Assembly: GCA_051362555.1 (NCBI GenBank)
Contig: CM120643.1
Coordinates: forward strand, 27,408,848 to 27,472,847
Direction of reading: 5' to 3'
Length of the DNA: 64,000 bases
Source: Lingula anatina
Taxonomy: Eukaryota; Animalia; Brachiopoda
Positions 1 through 11,700 of the stretch are shown here, one piece after another. The translations under genes were made by a program, and so were the position numbers. The notes beneath the pieces are model-generated. The model made no database searches and was not told where the DNA came from. It saw only the letters and a program-made list of their open reading frames with translations. Each line of letters starts with the position of its first letter. Position 1 is the stretch's first letter.

Positions 1-25
1 GTTCTGGGAGATAACAGACAGTATC

Positions 26-29
<4 letters not shown>

Positions 30-78
<49 letters not shown>
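30..78. repeat. (TA)n microsatellite
   Basis: Read directly. Confidence 0.9.
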
Positions 79-80
<2 letters not shown>

Positions 81-748
81 TGTACTGTCCACATGATGTC
101 TTGAAGTTCAAGGCTAGATTACTATGAAGGTCAAGGTCAGATGACTATTAAGAAATGGCCCCATGTGATAGATAAACAGGGACTTCATTTAATGTTTGTT
201 AATAGCTGTCAGTGCAAGATAATCTGTGATATTTTCTTTTAATTTTTCTTTTATCATCAAATTCTGTCTACATATAAAAGATAGTTGAATTACTTTTCAC
301 CATTGTATTTTGAATAAATAAAAGTGAAAAACAAACAACCATGGTTTAACTAGTGTTTTTTGTCCTCCATTTTTATTTACACCTAAAACACCAACTTTGT
401 TTTGAACAACTAACAACTGAAACAAGCAAGGCTTAGTAGCAAATTTTTCAACACATTCTTTTTCAACTTAGCTCTTCATCTCATTCCACCTGTGAGTGCC
501 TTCCAAGTGATAGAAACCAAATCTTTAAAAACCTTACTAAGGAGTAACTCAATGTGCATACGTATAAATTGCAATCAACTATGTTAAAAGATGAGTTTTT
601 CATCTTCTTTATGCACTCCTGTACTTGTCACTGCAATTCATCTGTAAAACCAATCCAACTCAATAAAACGGTGGATGGTTTAGATTAAAGGCCATGTTAT
701 GTATCGGGTAGTGCACCAAAAGCCAGTTTCATCTGCTCTTCATAAGTT

Positions 749-3700
749 TTACTTTGCATATTCTTTAACGCTGGTTCCATATTTATTTTCCCAGTATTCT
801 AAGACATCCTTCTTCAATTGCTCTCGTTTAGCAAAATACTTTGGGTATGCCGCCTTCTCCTCTTCTGCCCATTCATCCAGCAACTGCAATGAAGGATTGT
901 ACTCATTACTTACAGTCTAATATCCAAGTAGGTTCAATAAACATAATCTGTCATTCTTTGCTAGTGATTACAAAATGTTGAATTTGACCGAAAATTTCAA
1001 ACTTTCTCTGGGAAGCTGTTATTTTGCGATGTGATAGCTACACCATCACACTTTATCATTTCATAAAAAGGGAAACAGCAGCTGCCCTTTTTAGGGCACA
1101 CAGGAGAGTTGCACAGCTATACCCACTAAATCCAAGACGCGTTACCCTGGGTAATATCTTTTGCACAAACTAATGAAAGTCTAATGGAATGTTTTCAGTT
1201 TTAGTTTAAATCATAAGGGGGTGTTGTCTCAATGCTTCAAAACTGGGTTTGAAGAATTAAATCCACATTTCATAATTAATAAAAATAGTGAATATGTGGG
1301 TCACGGTAACGTTATTGACGCGGGTACAAAATCTTTTTATAATCATGTAAATAATAACAATATTTTTGCTATTATCCATACACACTTCAATCATGAGGGG
1401 CACACCACTTTCACATGCTTTTAAAATGGAATTGACAAACACAGAGGAATAATGCACATATTTTATTTACTGTAACTCTGTCACATGGGACACACACTGA
1501 ACAAAGTTGATCTAAAGAATGTTCCAGATTGTAGTTTTTTATCTGAATTATTATTTTTTTATTATTATTTTAACACAATAAAGTTCAGTTAAATACAAAA
1601 TTTAACAAAATGAAGTTCAGTGTAACACAAAGTTCATAATTGTAACATTCTTCCTGACATATGTGGACCAATGGTGATATCTGTTCTGTGCTCACTAAGG
1701 CATCCACTCTTGGGATTCTGAAAAAAAATCACACAAAGAATCTGTTAACTTTGATAACGAACAATGGATAACCTAAGATCACAAATAGTTTATTGCTTAT
1801 TCAAACAAAATACAGTGCATTATGAGTGGCAAACACGCATTACTGAGACACATTTTCTTCACCCATTTTCGGTGCTTCATTGCGTAACGCAAGTGTTGCG
1901 AGTAATCCATTATTGCTGTTTTTACAGACGGTTAAATTTTAAACGCACGGAATAGAGTGTAGCAGCTTAATTTAAGACAAAACTAAAAAAAAGTAATTCA
2001 ATTTCGATGATTGAGTTTTCGAGAACAAGAGAACATGAATACGGTATCACCGCGTCACCATGTTCAATATGACTTTTAGTCCCCCATGTGACACAGACGC
2101 AAAACGAAAGTTCAGACGAAGTCACCCTACTTATAGAATGGTAAAAATCAATCGGTACACAAATATGTTGAAACAATTGAAGAAAAATGAAACGGAACTC
2201 ATTATTTCTCACCTTCATACAAAGAAGATCCCTATAAACAATCCTGTGGCGGTTAAATCGAGGGAATTACACCTGTGCCCTGCATCCCATCTCGACAGCG
2301 TCACTGACATGACATGTTATCAGAATGGGATACGCGCCAGTTTGAGCTGGTTTTTCAGTGTGCAAAAGAAGCCATTCATGTGTAAGACGTCATCAGTTAG
2401 TGAGTATGGAAGAAGATCGCTATCGATGTATAATTTTCACGCGGCATTTTAAAGTTGTCTGATAAAAATCGATCTTGAAGTTTCAGCGTTGCGAACGTCA
2501 CATTGGGACGCGGTGAAGAAAAATCGACCTTGCTGAGCAATAAATGTGAAATTCTTAAGAAAACTGATATTATCATGGACTTCGTGACACAAACTAACCG
2601 ACATAGTACTTTGGACGATTGAACAGTTTTAATACGGAAAGATAGGATTAGATGAAATTTTCATCGGGGTGGGACACCGCATGTATCGTAAGTTAAGCTA
2701 ATTTTGTGATCATTTTTCAGTGACTTCAAATAAATTTTTATTTAAATAACAATTTGCACATTCTGTTTATTATATCTTCTTGCAGTAGATGTATTTCCTG
2801 CTTCAATAATCCATTCAAACCCTAAACAAACTGTTCTTAAATAGAGGTAGGGTCAAAATTCCACAAAAAAGGACACCATTTTGAGGGTAATTTCGATATA
2901 TTTTCTGCTTTTTCTCTTTTTTTGCTTTTATAACAACATCCTCCTTGCTCATGCAGCTTCTTTGATTTGTTATTGAAACATACACAACGATTTCATGAGA
3001 ATTTGGTCGGCTATCTAAATTTAAATTACATTCTTGTTATGGTCCCCCCGCAGTGCACCACTAGCAAAGAATGACTGAAATGAAAAACACAAGTGGAAGA
3101 AAATCTTCCAAGACAATTTGATATACATCAATTTAGAGGACAATGGAAATATACTAAATTAAGAAAAGTTATTAATTAAGATTTAATTTATTATAATGAA
3201 GTCACAAATATTTATTAACTATTTCTGGAATTTTTCATCTGTTAACTTATAATTTCGTTCATCACTTGATAAAATATGGTTCTGTATAATTTTGCTGCAG
3301 CCCAAGCAGAACATGAGCCTATCTTTCTCTCTTTTATCTAATTATTTCCTTAGGGGTGAGGAAATGTCGGATCCAAAGTGTGGGGATTTTGCACCAAGAA
3401 AACAACAACATTATTATTATTTTATTTTATTTTTTTTTTTTTTGGGGGGGGGGGAGCTTACCAAGCATACAATGAATTACTTTTTATTTTCTAACTGATA
3501 CTCCAGATTCAAAAAGAAATTTCACATTTCTTCCAATCCACATACTAATGTCCGATGCATTTTTCCATTTAAAAGACATTTTCAAAAAATAAGATTTTCG
3601 TTAAAACAAGGTTTACTGTGCTTGTTAAACAACTTATCAATTGTGACTGGCCACATGGCTCTTTGTATCTTTGATGCAACCACAGCAGAATATGAGTGGT

Positions 3701-6700
3701 AACCCATTAAGCTCTTCATGACATGAAACTGCCCTTGAAGTTGTCATTACAGGACCCCGTTCACAAAAGTCTCAACACAGCCTACTACACTTGTTACATT
3801 TGGGCTTAGATCTGACTGCTATTAATTATTGGTTAGCCTGCTACACTTGTTACATTTGGACTTAGATCTGACTGCTATTAAATATTGGTTAGCCTACTAC
3901 ACTTGTAACATTTGGACTTAGATCTGACTGCTATTAAATATTGGTTAGCCTACTACACTTGCTACATTTGGACTTAGATCTGACTGTTATTAAATATTGG
4001 TTAGCCTACTACACTTGCTACATTTGGGCTTAGATCTGACTGCTATTAAATATTGGTAACCCTACTACACTTGTTACATTTGGGCTTAGATCTGACTGCT
4101 ATTAAATATTGGTTAGCCTACTTCACTTGTTACATTTGGGCTTAGATCTGACTGCTATTAAATATTGGTTAGCCTACTACACTTGCTACATTTGGGCTTA
4201 GATCTGACTGCTATTAAATATTGGTTAGCCTACTACACTTGCTACATTTGGGCTTAAATCTGACTGCCATTAAATATTGGTAACCCTACTACACTTATTA
4301 CATTTGGGCTTAGATCTGACTGCTATTAAATATTGGTTAGCCTACTACACTTGCTACATTTGGGCTTAGATCTGACTGCTATTAAATATTGGTTAGCCTA
4401 CTACACTTGTTACATTTGGGCTTAGATCTGACTGCTATTAAATATTGGTTAGCCTACTACACTTGTTACATTTGGGCTTAGATCTGACTGCTATTAAATA
4501 TTGGTTAGACTACTACACTTGTTACATTTGGGCTTAGATCTGACTGCTATTAAATATTGGTTAGCCTACTACACTTGCTACATTTGGGCTTAGATCTGAC
4601 TGCTATTAACTATTGGTTAGCCTACTACACTTGGACTTGCTACATTTGCGCATTTTTGGAAGAACTAGCCAACAGTTAAGATTGGCAAGTTTGGTACACA
4701 GTAAGACCAATGTTGCCACTAACACCCCATTTCCATAGGTTTTTAGATCGATCTATCCTGTGGGAAGTCTCACTAGATTACTGGCAGCGTGGCCGGCTTA
4801 AGCGTCTGTCCCGCCTACTAAAAGCTGTAAGGGGGTAATTAACTATGGTGCCTGCTCAGCTGACTGCAACTTAGCGTGAACCCCCAGGGAGTTAGGTTGA
4901 TCTAAATCTTAATCTCTAGATCGATCTAAATCTCTGGGAAAGCACCCTAAGAGCACAGTTGGGTGTCAAGATGATCATAATTTACTAAAGGGGCTTGGTC
5001 ACTGACTGATCCAAATATGTCATAGTACACACCGTTTAACATTCTTTGTGAAACAAAATTTAGACAGCAAATCTTTGAAAAGACTCAATTTTAACTGTTC
5101 TTTTATGAAACACGCCAAACCATCACTTACAAAATCGGGCGACAAAAGATGTTCATCATTGTTGTAATATGTGCCACCGGGTTCTGCAGGGACTGAAAAA
5201 TTAAACAAGAACGAGGTGAAACAGCTGGATGACAAGCACACACTACCCTCTCTCTCTTACACAATTTGACAAACACATTCTGAGCCAATTGTAATTTTCA
5301 ACTCAATGCAATGGAGGACCCATCAAAAATGTAATCAGTATTATAAGCCAATGTCAAACATTTTATACATGTTTATATATGTTTAAACCAGAGTCTGGAA
5401 CTAACATTTAGCAACGAATGGACAAAACATCAAAGTTACTTGGGAGCAGGTAGAAGACCCTACTCAGTGGCAGATTTAGGGGGGGGGGGGGGGGGGGTGC
5501 CAGGGGGTCCTGACCCCCCCTTCTACTTCTGAAAAAAAAAATCACACCAATGGTCCCTTCTTGAAATTACAATTTTGACTAGCTGAATCACAGTGCTAAA
5601 CCAGACCAAATGGCACTGTTCGCCCTCTAAAATACCAAAAATTTTTCGGGCTCTTTGGTGGGCCCCTAACCCCACAACATTCCTAAAAAACGGACCCCCC
5701 CCCCCATGCCTCAGGTTTCACCTCTCACACATATTGGACTTGGCGCTGGACATTATTTGTAACCATACATTAATAAATCATGTGACCAGTCCATCCAGGC
5801 CATTACATAGCAAAAAGTGTCAGGTCGACAGCAACATCAGTTAGTTGCTCAGTGCTAGTTCCAGACTTTGATTTATACCTATTTCTCGTTCTTATTCCAC
5901 TGGATGATTTAAACCATTCACTCATTCTTTAATATCCTTGCAGTTAACTTACATCCTCTTTCTGGATGCCCATCTAACTCTAAAAGATAAAGTTGCCATT
6001 TCCTGAGTAAGTTAACTGCAGTCTCCTGATCCTTTATATTCCTGGTCTCCTCAAACATTGCTCTTAGTACAACACATTTATAGCGCATGTCAAGCCTGCA
6101 GGAAAGGAAAAAATATAGATATGCCTGACAAAAAAGAAGTCCACATATGATATATTATAAATCATTAGCAAACACAAAATGGTCCATATCTCTACTGAAC
6201 TTGTAAGTAAAAAAAAAATAATCCTTCTTCTAATCAATTTGAAGTCTAAAAGTTATCAAAAAGTGTTGAAGCTAGGGTAGCACAGGATAACCTTCATCCA
6301 CTTTAGATATATATATAATGTGCCTTGAGTTAACTGTGACCTGGGGCAGATCTGGGCTCTGTATCTCGAAAGGTTCGCTATGTTGCGCACGTGCGTTAGT
6401 GTCTCGATTCCATAACCGATTCTATTACGAGATACGGGGCCATGGAATCGAGACACTTGCGCACGTGAGCAAGATACGGAGCCCAGTACAAGTCTACTGA
6501 GTCTATGTATTTTGTTTATTTTATGAAAAGGAAGACGTGGCTAATGTTTCAGATACATATTTCACATATTGAATTGGTACTATATCATATGGGTTTGTTA
6601 AATTATGTGGTATAAATTGTAAATTATACCAATTGTACTAGTAATTTTGGTACACAGTCTCTAATGGTATTAAGTGGATCGATCAAATTAAAATAACTCA

Positions 6701-6990
6701 AAATACCTTTAAGTCAACACATTCCTTTGCGCTCAAATTAAAGTTATAAACACAATGCTCAATTTTGAAAGATAAAAAGCGATCGAGTTTCTGTGTCTTG
6801 CAAGGTAGCAAGAGCGCAAAGTGCATGGCTTTCTTCGTACAATTATCCAACTGACAGTATATTTATGTTATGAATTTCGTTCTTCATTTTACCTATTATG
6901 ATTATCCCTTATAATCCTTCTCATACATGCCCTGTAAAGCCGGCAGACTTCTTGAGCGTGAGTGAGCGCTTTCGTTGCGAAAGTCGACAT
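749..6990 (-). CDS. NDUFB9: NADH dehydrogenase (ubiquinone) 1 beta subcomplex subunit 9 (B22, LYR family), 4 exons, 145 aa
   Basis: Exons 6990-6893, 6095-5953, 5192-5131 and 883-749 are all GT-AG and phase-consistent (438 nt). Translation: MSTFATKALTHAQEVCRLYRACMRRIIRDNHNR-LDMRYKCVVLRAMFEETRNIKD...HPERGFPAEPGGTYYN...LLDEWAEEEKAAYPKYFAKREQLKK...EYAK*. It matches recalled NDUFB9 motifs (LTH.Q.V.RLY(K/R), RA.FEE, FP..PGGT.Y, LD.W...EKA.YP.YFAKREQ). Confidence 0.93.
1964..2699. mobile_element. Possible old non-autonomous DNA transposon in NDUFB9 intron 3
   Basis: CpG-richer island with degenerate inverted ends (AGCTTAATTTAAGA / TCGTAAGTTAAGCT) and an internal inverted pair, CACCGCGTCACCATG (2048) / CATTGGGACGCGGTG (2501). 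Confidence 0.35.
3781..4633. repeat. 56-bp minisatellite, about 15 copies
   Basis: Unit CCTACTACACTTGTTACATTTGGGCTTAGATCTGACTGCTATTAAATATTGGTTAG repeats head-to-tail with exact 56-bp period from 3781 to 4621 and no spacers. Confidence 0.95.
4723..4947. mobile_element. PIF/Harbinger-like MITE (family A, copy 1)
   Basis: Imperfect TIRs containing TTAGATCGATCTA, with a TAA/TAA flank. A reverse-complement copy lies at 30289-30513. Confidence 0.8.
5466..5749. mobile_element. hAT-like MITE (CAGTGGCGGAT family)
   Basis: Starts CAGTGGCAGATTTAGGGG. Internal 5563-5680 is the reverse complement of sequence in 38759-39014 and 40800-41073. Confidence 0.65.
6352..6486. mobile_element. Short palindromic MITE in NDUFB9 intron 1
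   Basis: Ends are CTGGGCTCTGTATCT / AGATACGGAGCCCAG, with an internal inverted pair AGTGTCTCGATTCCAT / ATGGAATCGAGACACT. Confidence 0.6.
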
Positions 6991-7309
6991 TTTGCTTCGG
7001 CTTCCACAACTCCAATCCGCAGTTAATTGAGCTTGCTCGGTGATTTGATGATATTAGAGCACATAAAAAATACGGTACTGTACTATAAATGTTTATGTTT
7101 TTATACAAGTAATATTCAAAACAAACTCAGAATATATTTTACTCCCTGAGATTCGATTTTAAACCAATTGATATTGAAATTTGCTTAAAATATTTAATTA
7201 CTATATTACTATATCTATAGAAATCGTTCCGGGTCATTGGGAAAGTAGCAATACAAGAATAGGGCGCAAGAAATGAAAGAGGTGGTGAAAGAAGAGTTCG
7301 TTGAATAAA
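6991..7309. promoter_or_regulatory. Putative bidirectional promoter shared by NDUFB9 and FANCA
   Basis: Only 319 bp lie between the divergent ATGs (6990 minus, 7310 plus). CCAAT boxes occur at 7012-7016 and 7164-7168, and ATTGG near 7236. Confidence 0.7.
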
Positions 7310-8717
7310 ATGGATTTTAAGTCATCTTCCTCGAAGGATGAAATATCTACAGAGACACAGTTTAAAAGACTTATTGGTTGGTATAATTTAGCCTAATTCA
7401 TCATTTGACAATTATGTTGTCAAGATAAAACGACTGACCTCTGGAGACTATTTAATTTTAATAGAAATGCATGTACCGTAAAACCACGATCATATGTTAG
7501 CCGATGAACTTAATATTCACATAATGCGACTTTTGAACGGCACACTAGTCTACCATTGTGCAAAAAGCACCTATCAGAATTACTCTAGTACTTGAAAACA
7601 ATTGTTATATAAACTGCCATATTACCAGTACCAATTAAATATACTGGTACAGTGTACTCGATCCATACAGTACATGTACAACCAATAAAGTACTGGTATA
7701 CTGCCCACCCACCCCCCACCCCCACCCCCACCCCAAAAAAGAAATCATAATGACCTCTAGGTGAGCCCAATGGGTTCTGAAGTGGTACATGTTTGGGATT
7801 TTTAGTCTGATTGTTGTTGTTTTTTTATTATTTATTTATTATTTTTGTTTGTTTGTTTGTTTTCATATGAACTCAGTGAAACACACGATGAGAAATTACA
7901 GCCTATGTTTTCAGCATTTTCAGTTTTTACAACTTTCACACATGGAAATTTATTTATAAGGTCTGCTTTCACACATTACATCACTATTTCAGCATCCCGA
8001 AGGAAATCCAGAGAAGGCCGCTCCACAGAGTCTGTAAATGAAGATCTTCATGAAGCAGTTGTTCAGCTTATCATCCAGCACCAAGACTTAGATTTCCTTG
8101 TGAAAGAGGTAATTAATTATAATATATTGTAATTAATTATAATATATTACAAAATATACCATTATGTGTGCATCCTGCTGGTAAATCTACCTTTTGTATA
8201 TATATTAATTTTGTTTAGAATTATTAATATTTATGTTGCTAATGCACTTTAAAAAATGTATGTTTGAGTTTTATTTCTATTTACTTGTTTATTTATTTAT
8301 TTTTTTTCATTTTAATTGCACTTTTAAAAATAATCATTCAATTATTTTTAATTAGTATATTTCCTAATGGTGAAGCAACCATTCACTTAGAATCCATTAA
8401 AGTGAACCTGTATATTGAACCTAATAACAATAAATTCATTGTAAACTGCACTAATTTTCCCAGGCAAGACCAGCTGTGAGACATCCCCATGGATCTCTGC
8501 TGCAGAGTAATACGGGCACTATTCCTGCTGAAGACAAAGGGAGCAACTCTACTAGTACACCAAACACAGCATTTTCAGGTACAGTGATGACCTTTGATTT
8601 CATTTTGGTATTTTGTTTTTGTTGTTGTTGTTACCTCTGCCAAGGAGGTTATGTTTTCACTCCCGTTTTTATGTACAGACACAGATGTGTCTGTACATAT
8701 AGCCATCATCTGCGTCT

Positions 8718-8749
<32 letters not shown>

Positions 8750-11700
8750 GCACTTTTACCGATAACACGATAAGTGGAACACCGTTTTTGCTTTTGGCTT
8801 GAAACTTACAGAACTGGTGAATATTCCTAATACGCAGGTCAAGTTCGAAAATCAGCATGATCGGGCCATTTTTAGGGAAGTTATGCTGTTTTTTCACTTT
8901 TTTCAGCATATATGCAGCACCGATAACACGATTAGTGGAAAACCATTTTACCTTTTGGCTTGAAACTAACAGAACTGATGAATATTCATAATACGCAGGT
9001 CAAGTTCGAAAATCAGCATGATCGGGTCATTTTTAGGGAAGTTACGCTGTTTTTTCACTTTTCTCAGCACATATGCAACACCGATAACACGATAAGTGAA
9101 ATAACATTTTACCTTTTGGCTTGAAACTAACAGAACTGATGAATATTCATAATACGCAGGTCAAGTTCGAAAATCAGCATGATCGGGCCTTTATTTTAGA
9201 AGTTATGCTGTTTTTTCACATTTCCTCAGATTCAATTATTAGGCATGTTAACAGTCTCATTATTTAACTAATAAGATACGTAAAAGTGTTTGTTTGATAT
9301 TTCCTGCATCTTTACAACATTGTTAATTGATTGTGTAAAAATGATGGTAAACTTGTTATCGTGTATTGTGTAATAAAGTGTCAAAAATGGAAATAAACTC
9401 ATCATTGCAGTTTGTCAGATTCAATCATCCACTATGTTCAGAATCTCAGAATGGAGGAAATTGGACATTAAACACTGTTCTATTGATATTTTTCCCATCT
9501 CATCAATTTTCTTAGTTGGTCATATAAAAATGGCAACAAACTGTTTATTTTGTTTTATGTTAAAATATGTTAAAAATGGAAATAAACCCATTTCAGAACA
9601 GTGCTGTCTTGTTTACATTTTGGCATTTTTAAGATGTGACTTTGAAGTTTCATGAGCCTGCAGACCTTTGCTAATCACATTTTCTGAATATTCATGATAC
9701 TAATATTTTATGATTAAAAATTGATGGTCATTATGCTGTTAAACATTATGTAATATTGCATCAAAACTTGAAGAAACCCCTATTTTGGGCACTGCTCCCA
9801 TGATGACCATTTAAGAAAAACCATGTCACTTACTGTTTTCAAACTTACAGGAAAGAAACATAGGGCTAAAATACAGTTTCAGTAGGCAATGCAGTCTGTT
9901 TGGTAATTTTTTTCTGGCAGTTAAACAGTTTTTTGTGAAAATTTAATTTTTCACATATTGGCATTTTCAAGGTGTGACTTTGAAGTTCCATGAGCCTGCA
10001 GACCTTTGCTAGCCACGTTTTCTGAATGTTCATGTGACTAATATTCCATTATTAAAAATTGATGGTCATTATGCTGTTAAACATTATGTAATATTGCATC
10101 AAAATTTGAAGAAACCCCTATTTTGGGCACTGCTCTCATAATGACCATTTAACAAAAATCATGTCAATTACCGTTCTCAAACTTACAGGAAAGAAACATG
10201 GGTCTAAAATACAGCTTCAGTTGGCAATGCAGTCTGTTTGGTAATTTTTTCTGGCAGTTAAACAGTTTTTTGTGAAAATTTAATTTTTCACTTATTGGCA
10301 TTTTCAAGGTGTGACTTTGAAGTTCCATGATCCTGAAGACCTTTGCTTGTCACGTTTTCTGAATGTCCATGTTACTAATATTCTATTATTAAAAATTGAT
10401 GGTCATTATGCTGTTAAGCATTATGTAATATTGCATCAAAATAGAAGAAAAAACAATTTTTGGTGCTGCTGCTATGATGAGCATTATGGGAAAACTGTGT
10501 TATGACTGTCAAACCTTTAAAAAAGAAACACAGGACTAAAATGCAGAATGAGTTGGAAAAGCAGTCTAATTGGCTTCTTTTTCTGGAAGTTATACATTTG
10601 AGTGAAATATTCATTATCTTTTTGGCATATTCATTGTGGGAGTTGGAGCTCCCATGGACATGAAGCCGAATGGTAATCAAATTTTCTACATGTCCATGCT
10701 ATTTATTGTCAATAATCAAAGATTGGTGATAATTATTCTATAATTTATTATGTAATGTTACATCAAAATTGACAATATTTTTGCATTGCTACTGCAAACA
10801 TTATGAAAAGAAAACTGTGTTACTTATTATTATTTTTAACTTACAAGTATGATTTTTAGGATTGGCATGCAGTTCAAATTAGAAAGCCAGGTCAATTGGG
10901 TTATCATTTATTATTGAATTCATGCAATTTTGTGTGAAATTTTCATTTTTCTCATTCTGGCACTTTCTAAGTATAAACTTGAACTCTGATGGGCCTGAAG
11001 CCTTATGCTTTTACTTTCGGTGTTGTTACCTGTTGTGCATAATTAAAATTTGATGTTGACTGTGCAGTAAAACATAATGTATTATTGCATCAGAATTTGT
11101 AGTCTCCTATTTTGTGCATTATTGTTTTGTGCTTTTCTTAAGATGTGACTTATGGGCCTGAAAGATCTTTGAGAGGGTCAGTCTGTTAATATCCCTTGGG
11201 TATCACGTAGCTAATTTCTGAGTTATAAAGTCATTTGCCTAATTGATAGGCCATTAAAGGAGATTACATAAAGCACACTTGTTGATATTTCCTTGTAAAC
11301 TCCCAAAAGTTAAGCTCTCTGCTAGATTAATAATAAGGAAGCAGTGATAATTATGCAGGTTATTATATATATATATATATAATCAAAGATTAAAAGTTTG
11401 AATGGCAGCTTCATTGAAATTATATTTACCTCAGGCTCTGAGTAGGAGGTTATATTTTCACCCCTGTTTGTCTGTCATCAACATAACTCAAAAAGTTATG
11501 GACCGATTTTGCTGAAATTTTCAGGAACTGTCAGAATTGGGCCAAAGAGGACAATGATTAGTTTTTAGTGGTGGTCTGGCTCAATAATCAACAATAATCA
11601 ACAATTGCTGCCTTGGCAGAGGTCTGCACTCTCGGTGGTTTTCTAGTTTTGTTAGGTTTTCCTTTACAATTTTTTCTCAAACACTTGCATTTGTGACTTT

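Noticed and set aside
2060-2452. 130-aa ORF nested in NDUFB9 intron 3
   Set aside because: No recognisable domain, and it lies in a probable decayed DNA transposon.
3781-4633. CRISPR-like regular array
   Set aside because: Units are contiguous with no unique spacers, there are no cas genes, and it lies in a eukaryotic intron.
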